NCBI GenBank assembly: GCA_965223295.1 | Contig: CBDCWC010000003.1 | Coordinates: 1,024,001 to 1,088,000 of the forward strand | Length of the DNA stretch: 64,000 bases | Reading direction: 5' to 3' | DNA from: Nitrospirales bacterium | GTDB taxonomy: Bacteria > Nitrospirota > Nitrospiria > Nitrospirales > UBA8639 | In this document: piece by piece, positions 1 through 8,762 of the stretch | Layout of the letters: every line of letters begins with the position of its first letter | Position numbering within the stretch: the first letter of the stretch is position 1 | Program-made: the position numbers and the translations under genes | The notes under the pieces: model-generated | The model's database searches: none | Told to the model about the DNA's origin: nothing | Seen by the model: only the letters and a program-made list of their open reading frames with translations

Positions 1-127
1 GCGTGATGCGGTCATGGTTCCTTGTGGAGTCAAGAAAGAGCCGTAAAGGGTCAAATAGGTGAAACAGACGCCAATGAACTGAGACTGTTACAATATGACA
101 GCACAATGTCCGAAGAACTGAAAGACG

Positions 128-418
128 ATGAAACTCTACCACACAGAATGGTGCCCAGAATGCCAAGCCGTCAGGCAACTATTGGCAGAGCGTGGAGTGT
201 CTTATGAGGATGAGATTGTGCCTGACGTCCGTCCGTTCCGAAAATCGGTCTATGAGGTCTCCGGGCAATATTATGTTCCAGTGCTGGTTGATGGAGAAAC
301 CGTCTTAACTGAAACCGAAGAGATTATGAAATACTTAACCACATACACTCCGAATGGGCATGAACCTGGAGCACACTCCAACCCACCCCTCAGTTCTCAG
401 GATGAAAGGAAGGACTAA
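128..418 (+). CDS. Glutaredoxin-domain protein
   Basis: WCPEC CxxC motif and GQYYVPVLVDG glutaredoxin cis-Pro motif; 3 bp before the next gene. Confidence 0.85.
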   Translation: MKLYHTEWCPECQAVRQLLAERGVSYEDEIVPDVRPFRKSVYEVSGQYYVPVLVDGETVLTETEEIMKYLTTYTPNGHEPGAHSNPPLSSQDERKD

Positions 419-421
419 GTT

Positions 422-1546
422 ATGGAGGATTGGAAAAAAGTTCTGGCTCAAAGCATTACCAAGCCCAAAGATTTGGCTAAACAATTGGGGGTTGATGAAA
501 AAGAAGTGGCAGATGTAGTGGGCCCTTACCCCATGCGGATTACCCCAACCGTCCTTTCAACCATCAAAGAAAAAGGCGATGCCATTTGGAAACAAGTCGT
601 TCCAGAGGCCGTTGAATTAGATGATATCGAGGCCCCTGATGATCCGCTAGAAGAAGATACGGATAGTCCCGTCCCACATCTCGTTCACCGCTACCCCGAC
701 CGGGTGCTACTCATGGTGACGAACCAGTGCCCAATCTATTGCCGGTTTTGTACCCGCAAGCGGTTGGTGGGCAAGCCGGGATTTCTGAAAAAAGGTGAGC
801 TGGATCAAGCGGTGGCCTATCTCAAAGAACATACCGAAGTGCGGGACGTGATCCTGTCTGGCGGTGATCCCTTGTTGTTGCCCGATCATTTAATCGAGCG
901 GATTCTCAAAGCCCTGCGATCAATTCCTCATTTGGAACTCATCCGATTTGGGACTCGAGTGCCAGGAACGCTCCCTCAACGCATCACGCCGGAATTGTGT
1001 GAGATTGTCAAACGCTATCATCCTATTTATATGAATTTGCATTTCAATCACCCGGATGAATTGACCCCTGAAGTCAAATCGGCTTGTGGGCAGTTAGCCA
1101 ATGCAGGCGTTCCATTGGGAGCACAAACGGTCTTATTAAAAGGGGTGAACGATGATCCTGAAATCATGAAACGCCTCATGCATCAATTACTGTTGGCCCG
1201 AATCAAACCTTATTACTTGTACATGGCGGATCTCACCAAGGGTACTAATCATTTTCGAACTACGGTAGAAACGGGCCTCCGAATTATCCAATCCCTACAG
1301 GGCCATACCAGCGGCATGGCCGTTCCGCATTTTGTGATTGATGCACCTGGCGGTGGCGGAAAAATCCCCTTACTACCCAATGAGTATCTCCTGAATTTGG
1401 ATGAAGAGGGGGCGGTACTCAAGAATTACGAAAACAAGACCTATCATTACCCGCAACCCTCAACAGCGGATAGTCGGGAACTGCCCATGGTGAACTCGAC
1501 CGATTCGCGGGATATGTGCAGCGCGGGGGCCATGGATGATCATTAG
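422..1546 (+). CDS. KamA family radical SAM enzyme (lysine 2,3-aminomutase/EpmB-like)
   Basis: HRYPDRVL, CPIYCRFCTR (CxxxCxxC), ILSGGDPL, QTVLLKGVND and DAPGGGGK (PLP lysine) motifs. Confidence 0.9.
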   Translation: MEDWKKVLAQSITKPKDLAKQLGVDEKEVADVVGPYPMRITPTVLSTIKEKGDAIWKQVVPEAVELDDIEAPDDPLEEDTDSPVPHLVHRYPDRVLLMVTNQCPIYCRFCTRKRLVGKPGFLKKGELDQAVAYLKEHTEVRDVILSGGDPLLLPDHLIERILKALRSIPHLELIRFGTRVPGTLPQRITPELCEIVKRYHPIYMNLHFNHPDELTPEVKSACGQLANAGVPLGAQTVLLKGVNDDPEIMKRLMHQLLLARIKPYYLYMADLTKGTNHFRTTVETGLRIIQSLQGHTSGMAVPHFVIDAPGGGGKIPLLPNEYLLNLDEEGAVLKNYENKTYHYPQPSTADSRELPMVNSTDSRDMCSAGAMDDH

Positions 1547-1686
1547 GGCACCTCTACAAACTGTCCTTTTCCCCGATGGCGACGTCAGCCTCGTGCGCAC
1601 ATCCTCATGTATTGACCCATACACTGCAGTGTTCCGCGCGCCGCCTCCTTGCCCTCAGAAAAAAACCTCAGTTTGTAAAGGTGCCC
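1546..1686. mobile_element. MITE-like element with 18-bp terminal inverted repeats
   Basis: GGGCACCTCTACAAACTG (1546-1563) and CAGTTTGTAAAGGTGCCC (1669-1686) are reverse complements with 1 mismatch; fills the intergenic space. Confidence 0.75.
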
Positions 1687-1690
1687 ATTA

Positions 1691-2851
1691 ATGTCCGCTT
1701 CTCGTAAATCTGGCATCCTTCCCTTCCAGCAATTACGTACCTTAGTCCGCCAAGGTGCGATTCGTGCCGATAGGCCGATAACCCCGGAACAGATTCAACC
1801 CGCCAGCTTAGATTTGCGGTTGGGTACAAAAGTCTATCGATTGCTCAGTAGCTTTCTTCCCGAACCTTCTGATCAACAATCCCAATTCACCATTGATGAC
1901 CTCTATCGATCAGATTTGGTGATGTATGACATGGATTTAACCGAGGGCGCAATTCTGGAGAAAGGCCACGTCTATTTGGTCCCATTGATGGAACGACTCA
2001 AACTCCCCAAAGATATTCGAGGACGGACCAATCCTAAAAGTTCGACGGGCCGGCTGGATGTTTTTACCCGCGTGGTGACGGATCTTCATGTTGGCTTTGA
2101 TGAAATTCGTTCGGGATATGAGGGCCCATTATTTTTGGAGATTGTCCCTCGATCCTTTACCATTCGAGTCCACGCGGGGCTGGCCTTAAATCAATTACGG
2201 CTTATGTCAGGGAAACCACTGGTTTCAGACTCTGCCTTACGGACAGTTCATCGCAAAACGCCGTTGCTGTGTCACAACGGAGAGGATGGAAAATCTGACC
2301 GGCCATTGCCGCTGAAAGATTTGAGGGTTGATAATGGGTTATTTCTTCGCGTGGATTTACGAGGTCAAACTGACGAAGGTCAATCCATTGTTGGCTACCG
2401 GGCCAAAAAAAATAGCCATATCATTGACCTGAGTAAGACCGGCCACTATTCGGCCGCTGATTATTGGGAACCCCTTTATCGAAATAGCACCGCGACGATG
2501 CTGTTGGAGCCAGAGGAATTTTATATCTTGGCCTCAAAAGAACGGATTCAGGTACCTCCAGGGTATTCGTCTGAGATGGTCGCGTATGAAGCAGCCTGTG
2601 GAGAATTGCGTACGCATTATGCAGGATTTTTTGATCCGGGCTTCGGCTATGCCAATCCGACACGGAAAGGCACACAAGTGGTGTTAGAGGTTCGGCCGCA
2701 CGATGTACCTTTTCGTATTCAAGACGGGCAAACATTTTTTAAGGTCATGTATGAGCATATGCAAACCATACCCACGCAGCTTTATGGTGCATCAATGGGG
2801 TCATCTTATTCTCAGCAAGGGCTGACATTGAGCAAACATTTTAAGTGGTAA
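1691..2851 (+). CDS. dcd: 2'-deoxycytidine 5'-triphosphate deaminase (long DCD type)
   Basis: QIQPASLDLRLG, NPKSSTGRLDVFTR and HYAGFFDPGFG motifs. Confidence 0.85.
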   Translation: MSASRKSGILPFQQLRTLVRQGAIRADRPITPEQIQPASLDLRLGTKVYRLLSSFLPEPSDQQSQFTIDDLYRSDLVMYDMDLTEGAILEKGHVYLVPLMERLKLPKDIRGRTNPKSSTGRLDVFTRVVTDLHVGFDEIRSGYEGPLFLEIVPRSFTIRVHAGLALNQLRLMSGKPLVSDSALRTVHRKTPLLCHNGEDGKSDRPLPLKDLRVDNGLFLRVDLRGQTDEGQSIVGYRAKKNSHIIDLSKTGHYSAADYWEPLYRNSTATMLLEPEEFYILASKERIQVPPGYSSEMVAYEAACGELRTHYAGFFDPGFGYANPTRKGTQVVLEVRPHDVPFRIQDGQTFFKVMYEHMQTIPTQLYGASMGSSYSQQGLTLSKHFKW

Positions 2852-2853
2852 CG

Positions 2854-3276
2854 ATGAGTTCAGAATCCGAAAAGCCTTCTTCTGACGATCCCGTGATTCC
2901 GCCAGCGCCGCCGCCGGTACGCGAAGAGGATGTGGAAGAACAAGAAAACCGTCAATTCATGGTAGCCATGAAGATGGTGGGGTCGGCCATGGTCTTCATC
3001 GGGTTTTTGCAGGTCTTTCTTTCCGTGAATACGGGCGCGGAAATCAGCATCTTTCCCATGATCATTTATTTTTCGGGGATGGCACTGTGGGCCTATTCCT
3101 CGGTAGATACGCCTGCGATTAAGTATACCGTCATTGCGCTATCACTGCTCTGCGGGATGGCGTTTATGCATTTCGGAGAAGTGTTGTTTTGGCACAAATA
3201 TATGATCTACTGGGGTACCGTCGGTATGGTGGTCTTTTTCATGTTCCAAACCCCAAAGAAACCAGCCAATTCCTAG
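2854..3276 (+). CDS. Hypothetical membrane protein (about 4 TM)
   Basis: Hydrophobic segments after an acidic/Pro-rich N-terminus; ATG just after the dcd stop. Confidence 0.7.
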   Translation: MSSESEKPSSDDPVIPPAPPPVREEDVEEQENRQFMVAMKMVGSAMVFIGFLQVFLSVNTGAEISIFPMIIYFSGMALWAYSSVDTPAIKYTVIALSLLCGMAFMHFGEVLFWHKYMIYWGTVGMVVFFMFQTPKKPANS

Positions 3277-3327
3277 CCTCAAGAAATGGTCAAGAGGTAT
3301 CAGCCCTCTCTAGTCTTTTCTGAATGA

Positions 3328-3514
3328 GAGCGTTGAATATTACAACGCACCAGAGGCAAATTTGCCCATGATGACGTCGAGCACCAAGCGCCTCAGGGCT
3401 GTTCAAAAAAGCCCTCCAGCAAGGCCACAGCCATTTTTGTGCGTGGAGCGTACTGGCAGTACGTGAGCACAGAAAAATGGCGAGAACGCAGCTGGTGGCT
3501 TTTTTCAACAGGCC
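3328..3514 (+). repeat. Dispersed MITE/ERIC-like repeat, full copy (arm type 1)
   Basis: GAGCGTTGAATA...GGGCTGTTCAAAAAAG...GGAGCGTAC..GTACGTGAG...CTTTTTTCAACAGGCC; homologous copies across the window. Confidence 0.85.
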
Positions 3515-3518
3515 TTGA

Positions 3519-4217
3519 ATGAGGATCGCGGTCATTATTCCTGTCTTCAATGAACAGGAAGTGGTGTCTTCTCTCATCAATGCACTCGTTCCGTTGAGTT
3601 TTCAGGAAATCATTATCGTCGATGGTGATAGTGTGGATGGAACGATGCAAGCGGCCAAGACCTGCTTGAATCAGTTGGGGAATCCTAATTTTAGAATCAT
3701 CTTGGGGCCAAGGGGGCGGGCCAGGCAAATGAATGTAGGCGCCGCACAGGCTACAGCCGACATTCTTCTCTTTCTACATGCTGATACGCAATTGCCGCAC
3801 AATGCAAAAGGTTTGATTGCGGAAGCTCTGTCAAATTCTAGGATAGTAGGCGGTAGATTTGATGTCCGGTTTCCTCAAGATACCGGTTACGCATGGGTGG
3901 TGAGTCGAATGATGAATCTTCGCTCCCGCTTATCAGGTATGTGTACAGGGGACCAAGCCATGTTCGTGCGCCGTTCAATATTCGAATCCATGGGAGGCTT
4001 TGCGGAGATTCCCTTGATGGAAGACCTCGAATTCAGCCGACGGCTGAAACGGCGAGGCAAGGTCGTGGCTATACAGGAAAAGGTCATTACCTCGTTTCGA
4101 CGGTGGGAACAACAAGGTCCGCTTCGAACCATTTTACAAATGTGGACCCTACGCTTTCTCTACTGGATCGGATGGGATCCTCATCGTCTTCAACAGTTTT
4201 ATCATCATGTCCGGTAA
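3519..4217 (+). CDS. GT2 glycosyltransferase, TIGR04283-like
   Basis: IIPVFNE, VDGDSVDGT, GRARQMNVGA, LFLHADT, GDQAMFVRR, IPLMEDLEF, TSFRRW motifs. Confidence 0.88.
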   Translation: MRIAVIIPVFNEQEVVSSLINALVPLSFQEIIIVDGDSVDGTMQAAKTCLNQLGNPNFRIILGPRGRARQMNVGAAQATADILLFLHADTQLPHNAKGLIAEALSNSRIVGGRFDVRFPQDTGYAWVVSRMMNLRSRLSGMCTGDQAMFVRRSIFESMGGFAEIPLMEDLEFSRRLKRRGKVVAIQEKVITSFRRWEQQGPLRTILQMWTLRFLYWIGWDPHRLQQFYHHVR

Positions 4218-4974
4218 GTCGGCACGAACTCGAAAGTCTGTCTCCTCGCCGCGGAGAAAGAATAGACGATATCCATCTCGGCTGCCTGCTTCAACCGCTC
4301 TCATTATATTTGCCAAAGCTCCCGTGGCAGGGGATGTCAAGACGCGGCTCTGCCCGCCCCTCACGCCAGATGAAGCGGCTAGTCTTCATGGAAGTCTTGT
4401 GTTGGATGTACTTGAACGATGTCAACTACTTGAGGGATGCGATCAAATATTGGCTAGGACTCCAACTTCAATGCATCCCTTCTTCAGTGCGATGAAGGCC
4501 CGGTTTAAGATTCCAATCTGGGAGCAAAGAGGAGATGATTTAGGGGCGCGAATGGCACAAGCCTTTCAGGCAGCCTTGGGAAATCCGTATCGGTCGGGTA
4601 TCATTATTGGCACTGATATCCCCGGTATCACCGTCTCAATGCTGTCGACAGCATTCAAGAGCCTCGAAGAACATGACGTCGTTATGGGTCCCACGGAAGA
4701 TGGCGGATACTACATGATAGGACTTAAGAAGGACGTTCCAGAACTGTTTGAAAATATTGCATGGTCCACAGACACCGTCTTTTCTGTGACGCAAGAAAAG
4801 GTTCACGCATTGGGGCTATCTCTAAAAGTTCTGCCGAAGCTGCGCGACTTGGATACGGAAGAAGATCTCCATGTTTTTATTCAAGACTCAAAACATCCAA
4901 AGAACCAGACTTTCTCTGACCGGACTAAGAAGGTGTTACAAGAATTAGAAAAACGCGTTGCCACCCGTCAGTAA
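4207..4974 (+). CDS. TIGR04282/DUF2064-like transferase
   Basis: FAKAPVAGDVKTRL, QRGDDLGARM, IGTDIP, GPTEDGGYYMIG, DLDTEEDL; overlaps its usual partner gene. Confidence 0.88.
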   Translation: MSGKSARTRKSVSSPRRKNRRYPSRLPASTALIIFAKAPVAGDVKTRLCPPLTPDEAASLHGSLVLDVLERCQLLEGCDQILARTPTSMHPFFSAMKARFKIPIWEQRGDDLGARMAQAFQAALGNPYRSGIIIGTDIPGITVSMLSTAFKSLEEHDVVMGPTEDGGYYMIGLKKDVPELFENIAWSTDTVFSVTQEKVHALGLSLKVLPKLRDLDTEEDLHVFIQDSKHPKNQTFSDRTKKVLQELEKRVATRQ

Positions 4975-5000
4975 ATATTCCGGCTTTACACGTAATCTGG

Positions 5001-5056
5001 CCTCTTCTCCCTTTTAGGGCTTGGCCTCGAAGAGAGGACAAGGTTTGGGTGAGGGT
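5001..5056. repeat. REP-like element (CCTCT..CCC...GAGAGG..GGGTGAGGG type)
   Basis: Similar to 33438-33475. Confidence 0.5.
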
Positions 5057-5110
5057 AAAAAAGTCCGCCACTATAATAGATAGTGTCTGTGAACCAAAAG
5101 GATAAAAAAT

Positions 5111-5845
5111 ATGCCTGAACGCGTAGCCTTAGTTACTGGTGGAGCCCGAGGCATTGGCCGTGGAGTCGCTCTGGATCTCGCTAAGGAAGGCTGGAGGATT
5201 GCTATCTGTTACCGCACGAGCCAGCGAGAAGCTCAAGAGGTCACGAAAAATATTGAAGAGCAAGGTGGAAAAGCTCTGGCCCTTCAATCTGATGTGTCAA
5301 AGCCAGAGGAAGCCACCGCTCTTGTGCAAGAGGTTGAAAAGACCTATGGCCGGATTGATGCTCTTATTAATGGAGCTGGACCGTATCACCGTGTTCCGCT
5401 TTTGGAGGAAACTCCAGAAGGCTGGGCAGAAATGTTAACGAATAATCTCGATCCAATTTTTTATCTAGCTAAGGCTGTAGCCCCAGGAATGCAAGTTAGA
5501 AAATACGGACGAATCATTTCGTTTGGCATGGCCAATGCGGACAAGATGGAAGCCCAACCCCATGTCACAGCACATTATATCGCCAAAGCCGGCGTCCTCA
5601 TTCTCACGAGGACACTGGCCAAGCTATTGGCACCGCATGGTATTACCGTCAATGCTATTTCCCCAGGATTTGTAGATTCGGACAGCGCTCCGCCAGAAGA
5701 ATTAGCCGGAATGACCAAGAAAATTCCTGCCGGCTACATCGGCGGAGTCCAAGATGCCGTGCAAGCTGTGCGGTATTTCCTTTCTGAGGATGCTCGCTAC
5801 GTGACAGGAGCCAATCTGCACCTCAGCGGCGGCTGGGGAATCTAA
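5111..5845 (+). CDS. SDR family oxidoreductase (FabG-like; possibly pteridine reductase-like)
   Basis: TGGARGIG, INGAG, YIAK catalytic YxxxK, ITVNAISPG, YVTGANLHLSGG. Confidence 0.9.
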   Translation: MPERVALVTGGARGIGRGVALDLAKEGWRIAICYRTSQREAQEVTKNIEEQGGKALALQSDVSKPEEATALVQEVEKTYGRIDALINGAGPYHRVPLLEETPEGWAEMLTNNLDPIFYLAKAVAPGMQVRKYGRIISFGMANADKMEAQPHVTAHYIAKAGVLILTRTLAKLLAPHGITVNAISPGFVDSDSAPPEELAGMTKKIPAGYIGGVQDAVQAVRYFLSEDARYVTGANLHLSGGWGI

Positions 5846-5905
5846 GGCGATCAACAGTGCAAGAATGTCAGTCATTCACGAAATCTTTTATCGGGAATCT
5901 ATCTT
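5716..5905 (+). repeat. Direct repeat copy 1 (SDR 3' end plus REP-like palindrome)
   Basis: About 190 bp repeated with divergence at 6530-6715. Confidence 0.9.
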
Positions 5906-6050
5906 GTGTATTTGTCTCCAAAATCGGTAGTAGACAATGTACATCGAATGTGGTTGTCCAGATAAACCTTCCGCAAGTTTTGGCTTACCCGTCTTATGAT
6001 GGGGGAAGACGTTACTTGCAAAAAATACCGATAAAAATTATCATGTTTCT

Positions 6051-6251
6051 ATGGATACCGTTGAAGAAATAAAGAGAGCTATTCAGACACTCACAGATGA
6101 ACAGCGAAGAGAACTGGAAACTTGGTGGCATCCCGCCTATGATGATTGGGATCTTCAGATGGATTTAGACGCAAAAGCCAGAAAGTTTGACGCTTTGTCA
6201 GACCAAGCATTGAAGGATTTTCGTACTGGCAATTGTGACGAATTTCCATGA
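6051..6251 (+). CDS. Putative type II antitoxin
   Basis: Small acidic protein (WDLQMDLDAKARKFDAL); stop overlaps the start of a RelE/ParE-like ORF (ATGA). Confidence 0.7.
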   Translation: MDTVEEIKRAIQTLTDEQRRELETWWHPAYDDWDLQMDLDAKARKFDALSDQALKDFRTGNCDEFP

Positions 6252-6498
6252 AGAGTGTTCGGTCACCCGATTTTCGAAAGCTCTTCGAAAACCTGCCTAA
6301 AGATATTCAAACTCTCGCTACAGAAAAATATACACTTTGGAAGTCGGATCCCCGTCACCTTTCCCCTCATTTAAACCTGTTGGTAAGTATTGGTCAGTGA
6401 GAATCACTTGAGAGTACAGAGCCTTATGTGTACTTTCGGGAGAAACCTGTATTTGGTTTTGGATTGGTACCCACAGTGATTACAACAAGATTGTATAG
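6248..6498 (+). pseudogene. RelE/ParE-like toxin pseudogene
   Basis: MKSVRSPDFRKLFENLPKDIQ...WKSDPRH, then frameshift to KPVGKYWSVRIT*EYRAL...WFWIGTHSDYNKIV; one frameshift and one in-frame TGA. Confidence 0.75.
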
Positions 6499-6529
6499 GG
6501 TATTCCCAGAAATCAGAGCTTTCCAAGTT

Positions 6530-6715
6530 CAAGAAAATTCCCGCCGGCTACATCGGTGGCGTTTATGATGCCGTCCAAGCTGTGCGGTATTTCCTTTCTG
6601 AGGATGCTCGTTATGTGACGGGAGCCAACCTACACCTCAGCGGCGGGGAATCTAAGGCGATACAACGGTGCAAGAATGTCAGTCATTCCCGAAATCTTTT
6701 ATCGGGAATCCATCT
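6530..6715 (+). repeat. Direct repeat copy 2 (diverged SDR 3' end plus REP-like palindrome)
   Basis: Matches 5716-5905 with mostly third-position changes and a 4-bp deletion. Confidence 0.9.
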
Positions 6716-6840
6716 TTATTTGGTTTTTTAAACTGTTCTTAGGTAAAGCATGTTCAAGGTATGCACTCAAATGTGGAATTCACAAGATTCAAGGAAATTC
6801 GCGTTCTCAAAGTGGTCAGAAGACGATTCATCTATGGGAT

Positions 6841-7140
6841 TCATGTAAGGTGACGTACATAGTCCATAGATTTATGAAGAACCCGAATAACAAGAATACC
6901 GTTAGTAGAGGGAGTATAAAATATAACGTGGGCGGCGATGTTGTAAGCATGAAGATTTGTGCTGACTCGACTGTAGTCTCGCCCGAGTTGGTGATGATTT
7001 GCCAGTGATTCAAAAGCCCTGTTGATCTCCGAAAGGTATGTTTCTGCGCGAGCAACGCCCCATTGTTCGAGGCTGTATCTGTAAATGTCTTCCAAGTCGT
7101 GTAGCGCTCTCGGCCGTAACTGAATCGACCTATTCGACAT
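6841..7140 (-). CDS. parE: ParE/RelE family toxin
   Basis: ALHDLEDIYRYSLEQWG..RAETY, HVIFY, IRVLHKSMD signature. Confidence 0.88.
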   Translation of the reverse strand: MSNRSIQLRPRALHDLEDIYRYSLEQWGVARAETYLSEINRAFESLANHHQLGRDYSRVSTNLHAYNIAAHVIFYTPSTNGILVIRVLHKSMDYVRHLT

Positions 7141-7381
7141 AATACTTTTTTCTCATGTCTCCCAAGAATTCCTCCAAGGCAAATCTGACAGGTTCCCCGC
7201 TTTGTTCGCCTTCTTCGATTAGGCGGCGGAGGGCTTTCAGTTTTGTATCGTCTTCTTCCAGTCGTCGGATGCCAGCCCGTATCAACTCTGATTGGGTTTT
7301 GTAGCTACCTTCTTGAAGTTGCCCTGCGATAAACTGTGCATCCTGGTCACTGGGTTCAAAGGTAATAGTATGTTGTTTCAT
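7130..7381 (-). CDS. parD: ParD-like ribbon-helix-helix antitoxin
   Basis: GSYKTQSELIRAGIRRLEE..LRRLIEEGEQSG; overlaps parE. Confidence 0.85.
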   Translation of the reverse strand: MKQHTITFEPSDQDAQFIAGQLQEGSYKTQSELIRAGIRRLEEDDTKLKALRRLIEEGEQSGEPVRFALEEFLGDMRKKYYVE

Positions 7382-7802
7382 GACCTCTCCTATTTATAAG
7401 AATATATCTTATATTACTGTATCGCACATTCACAAGACAGGCAACTTTTTTACCTCTTAGTTTCTCAGTTCGGTTTCAAGTTATATATTGTGACGCCGGG
7501 TTTCGGTAAAAGTAGCCAAAACTCATAGACGCCCTGTTCAGTGAAGTTTAAGTAGGGCGGACGCAAGCCAACAGAGGGCGGATTAACTCACTTGGCTCAG
7601 AAAAGATCCATCGAATTCAAAGAGTGTCCGCCCCGAGGGTCAAACAGCAGGCGTTGTCGAAGGAGAAATAGAACGTTGTATGACAAGACCTGAAACCAAA
7701 TGTTTTTATCTGGTCAGCAAGATTTTCAGGAATTTTGAGCCTTCTCATTCGCATAATATTAGTATATACTTTTAGTATTACTATGTTAAGGAGAGCAAGC
7801 TG

Positions 7803-8045
7803 ATGAGTAAAGTATTGTCACTGAAATTAGATGAGACAGAGTTTCAGCAAACTGAAAAGATTCGGAAACGTCTTAAACTCCCTCGCAATACCTATATTCG
7901 TAAAGCACTGGACCACTTTAACGCCTTATATACAAGGAAAGGTTTAGCACAAGACTATCAGAAAGCCTCCAAACGATTAGCCGTTGGACATCTTGCCTAT
8001 TTACAAGAAACAGAATTATTGGATGATCTGCCTGAAAAGATATGA
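7803..8045 (+). CDS. Putative RHH antitoxin of the MazF-like toxin
   Basis: Small protein with RHH-like N-terminus (PRNTYIRKAL); ATGA overlap with toxin. Confidence 0.75.
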   Translation: MSKVLSLKLDETEFQQTEKIRKRLKLPRNTYIRKALDHFNALYTRKGLAQDYQKASKRLAVGHLAYLQETELLDDLPEKI

Positions 8046-8413
8046 CGCCTCGCTACGGCCATGTCTATTTGGCTGATCTCAATCCTCGGTTTGGAACCGA
8101 ACCGGGAAAAATTCGTCCGGTGGTCGTCGTTCAAACTGATGCCTTGAATCCGTATCACCTCTCTACGCTCATTTGTCCGCTAACGACACAAATTGATGAA
8201 GAAGAGACTCCCCTCCGAGTAGCGGTGCCGAAAGGCGTCTCAGGCTTAAACGCGGCCTCAGACATTCTTATCGATCAAATCAAAGCAATTGATAATCAAC
8301 GATTTCGGCGTAAGCTAGGTATGCTACCTGAGGCGTACCTCAACGAACTACGTCATAAACTACTGCTGGTTTTGGATTTTGTAGAAGAAGCGCACTCGCA
8401 CAGTGAACCGTAA
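8042..8413 (+). CDS. mazF: PemK/MazF family toxin
   Basis: GHVYLADLNPRFGTEPGKIRPVVVVQ, CPLTT, DQIKAIDNQR. Confidence 0.9.
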   Translation: MTPRYGHVYLADLNPRFGTEPGKIRPVVVVQTDALNPYHLSTLICPLTTQIDEEETPLRVAVPKGVSGLNAASDILIDQIKAIDNQRFRRKLGMLPEAYLNELRHKLLLVLDFVEEAHSHSEP

Positions 8414-8485
8414 AATCAGGACACTTTACCGCTAAGAGAATTCAACCCCGTTGATTATTTAATTCCGCCATCTCTATTCATCTTC

Positions 8486-8511
8486 GTCATTCCTGCGAAG
8501 GCAGGAATCCA
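8486..8511. repeat. REP-like palindrome GTCATTCCTGCGAAGGCAGGAATCCA
   Basis: Same GTCATTC...GGAATC family as 5871-5900 and 6682-6711. Confidence 0.7.
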
Positions 8512-8762
8512 GGTTCGACCATTCTCTTTAGAACTCTCTGCAAAAGTTACGGAATAAGGTAGAATAGTCCTCACGCAAACCACGATGCAAGCAAGGTCAG
8601 GTCTTGGAATGCAACTCCTATGGATACTGAAGTTGAGAGATCTGATTCTTGAAACGGAATGTTGATGACTTCAGAGCCCGACCAATTCTCTCAATGCCGA
8701 ATGAGAGCTCATTCGGTTGAGTATGATTTCCAGGCAATCGAAATTTCCATTCCTTTCTCGCG

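Noticed and set aside
3290-3580. Short ORFs over repeat copies (also 23430, 24408, 29487, 31748, 38520, 44204, 63490)
   Set aside because: Their mutual similarity is explained by the underlying DNA repeat; no coding support.
3893-4495. Long alternative-frame and antisense ORFs (also 40028-40603, 41409-42029)
   Set aside because: Shadows of well-supported genes; no recognisable motifs.
6408-6410. TGA recoding in the toxin remnant
   Set aside because: It co-occurs with a frameshift; decay is the simpler explanation.
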